Part shown: in pieces, positions 63,958 through 64,000 of the stretch
Numbering within the stretch: position 1 is the stretch's first letter
Layout: each line of letters starts with the position of its first letter
DNA from: Bacteroidota bacterium
GTDB lineage: Bacteria; Bacteroidota; Bacteroidia; Cytophagales; Cyclobacteriaceae
DNA: 64,000 nucleotides
Assembly (NCBI GenBank): GCA_039198955.1
Contig: JBCCTI010000031.1
Location: 2,046 to 66,045, forward strand
Direction of reading: 5' to 3'
Translations under genes and position numbers: made by a program
Notes under the pieces: model-generated
Seen by the model: the letters and a program-made list of their open reading frames with translations, nothing else
Database searches by the model: none
Told to the model about the DNA's origin: nothing

Positions 63958-64000
63958 ATGATTATCATGCACACTTTTCAAAAAATGAAATTACGACCTA
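63958..64000 (+). CDS. Start of a CDS running off the window edge
   Basis: Open frame from ATG 63958 to the end of the window, downstream of a -7 box; too short to identify. Confidence 0.35.
   Translation, partial: MIIMHTFQKMKLRP

Noticed and set aside
1-64000. CRISPR array, tRNA, rRNA, tmRNA, RNase P or SRP RNA
   Set aside because: There are no 23-47-nt repeats with unique spacers; the heptamer arrays are contiguous. No diagnostic motifs for these RNAs were seen.

Overview
Chromosomal window from a Bacteroidota bacterium, probably Cytophagales. The evidence is repeated TAnnTTTG -7 promoter boxes and lineage-typical gene families such as BatA-domain, DUF4199, CtlX and permease-prefix ABC permeases. 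I found no rRNA, tRNA or CRISPR array. The housekeeping backbone is serC-like, rfbC, GT2s, pyrC-like, kdsC-like, a split trp operon (leader/attenuator-trpE-trpG-trpD-aat and, 7 kb away, trpC-trpF), arginine deiminase plus CtlX, a PadR operon with three ABC permeases, an SSS symporter plus myo-inositol oxygenase, mltG, sulfatases, dnaK and two sensor kinases. A small decayed accessory island at about 41-44 kb holds an IS1 remnant, a nuclease-ImmA/IrrE fusion and a DUF4160/DUF2442 pair. The most striking unexplained structure recurs at about ten gene junctions: short 7-9 nt degenerate tandem repeats. At most co-directional junctions a purine-rich arm starts at the upstream stop codon and a pyrimidine-rich arm ends at or near the downstream start codon. 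The cargo between the arms is a GxxExxY nuclease-fold gene (38-bp inverted arms), a four-helix-bundle/IVS-protein gene (22-bp inverted arms), a perfect 36-bp GC palindrome, or nothing. Other notable items are a candidate ~200-nt structured sRNA, a hybrid kinase whose ethylene-receptor-like domain has lost both copper ligands, a membrane-tethered LytTR regulator with 9-12-9 direct repeats, paired WYL and PadR operators, and a LarA-family/phosphotriesterase pair. All family assignments come from motif recognition by eye; no database searches were run.
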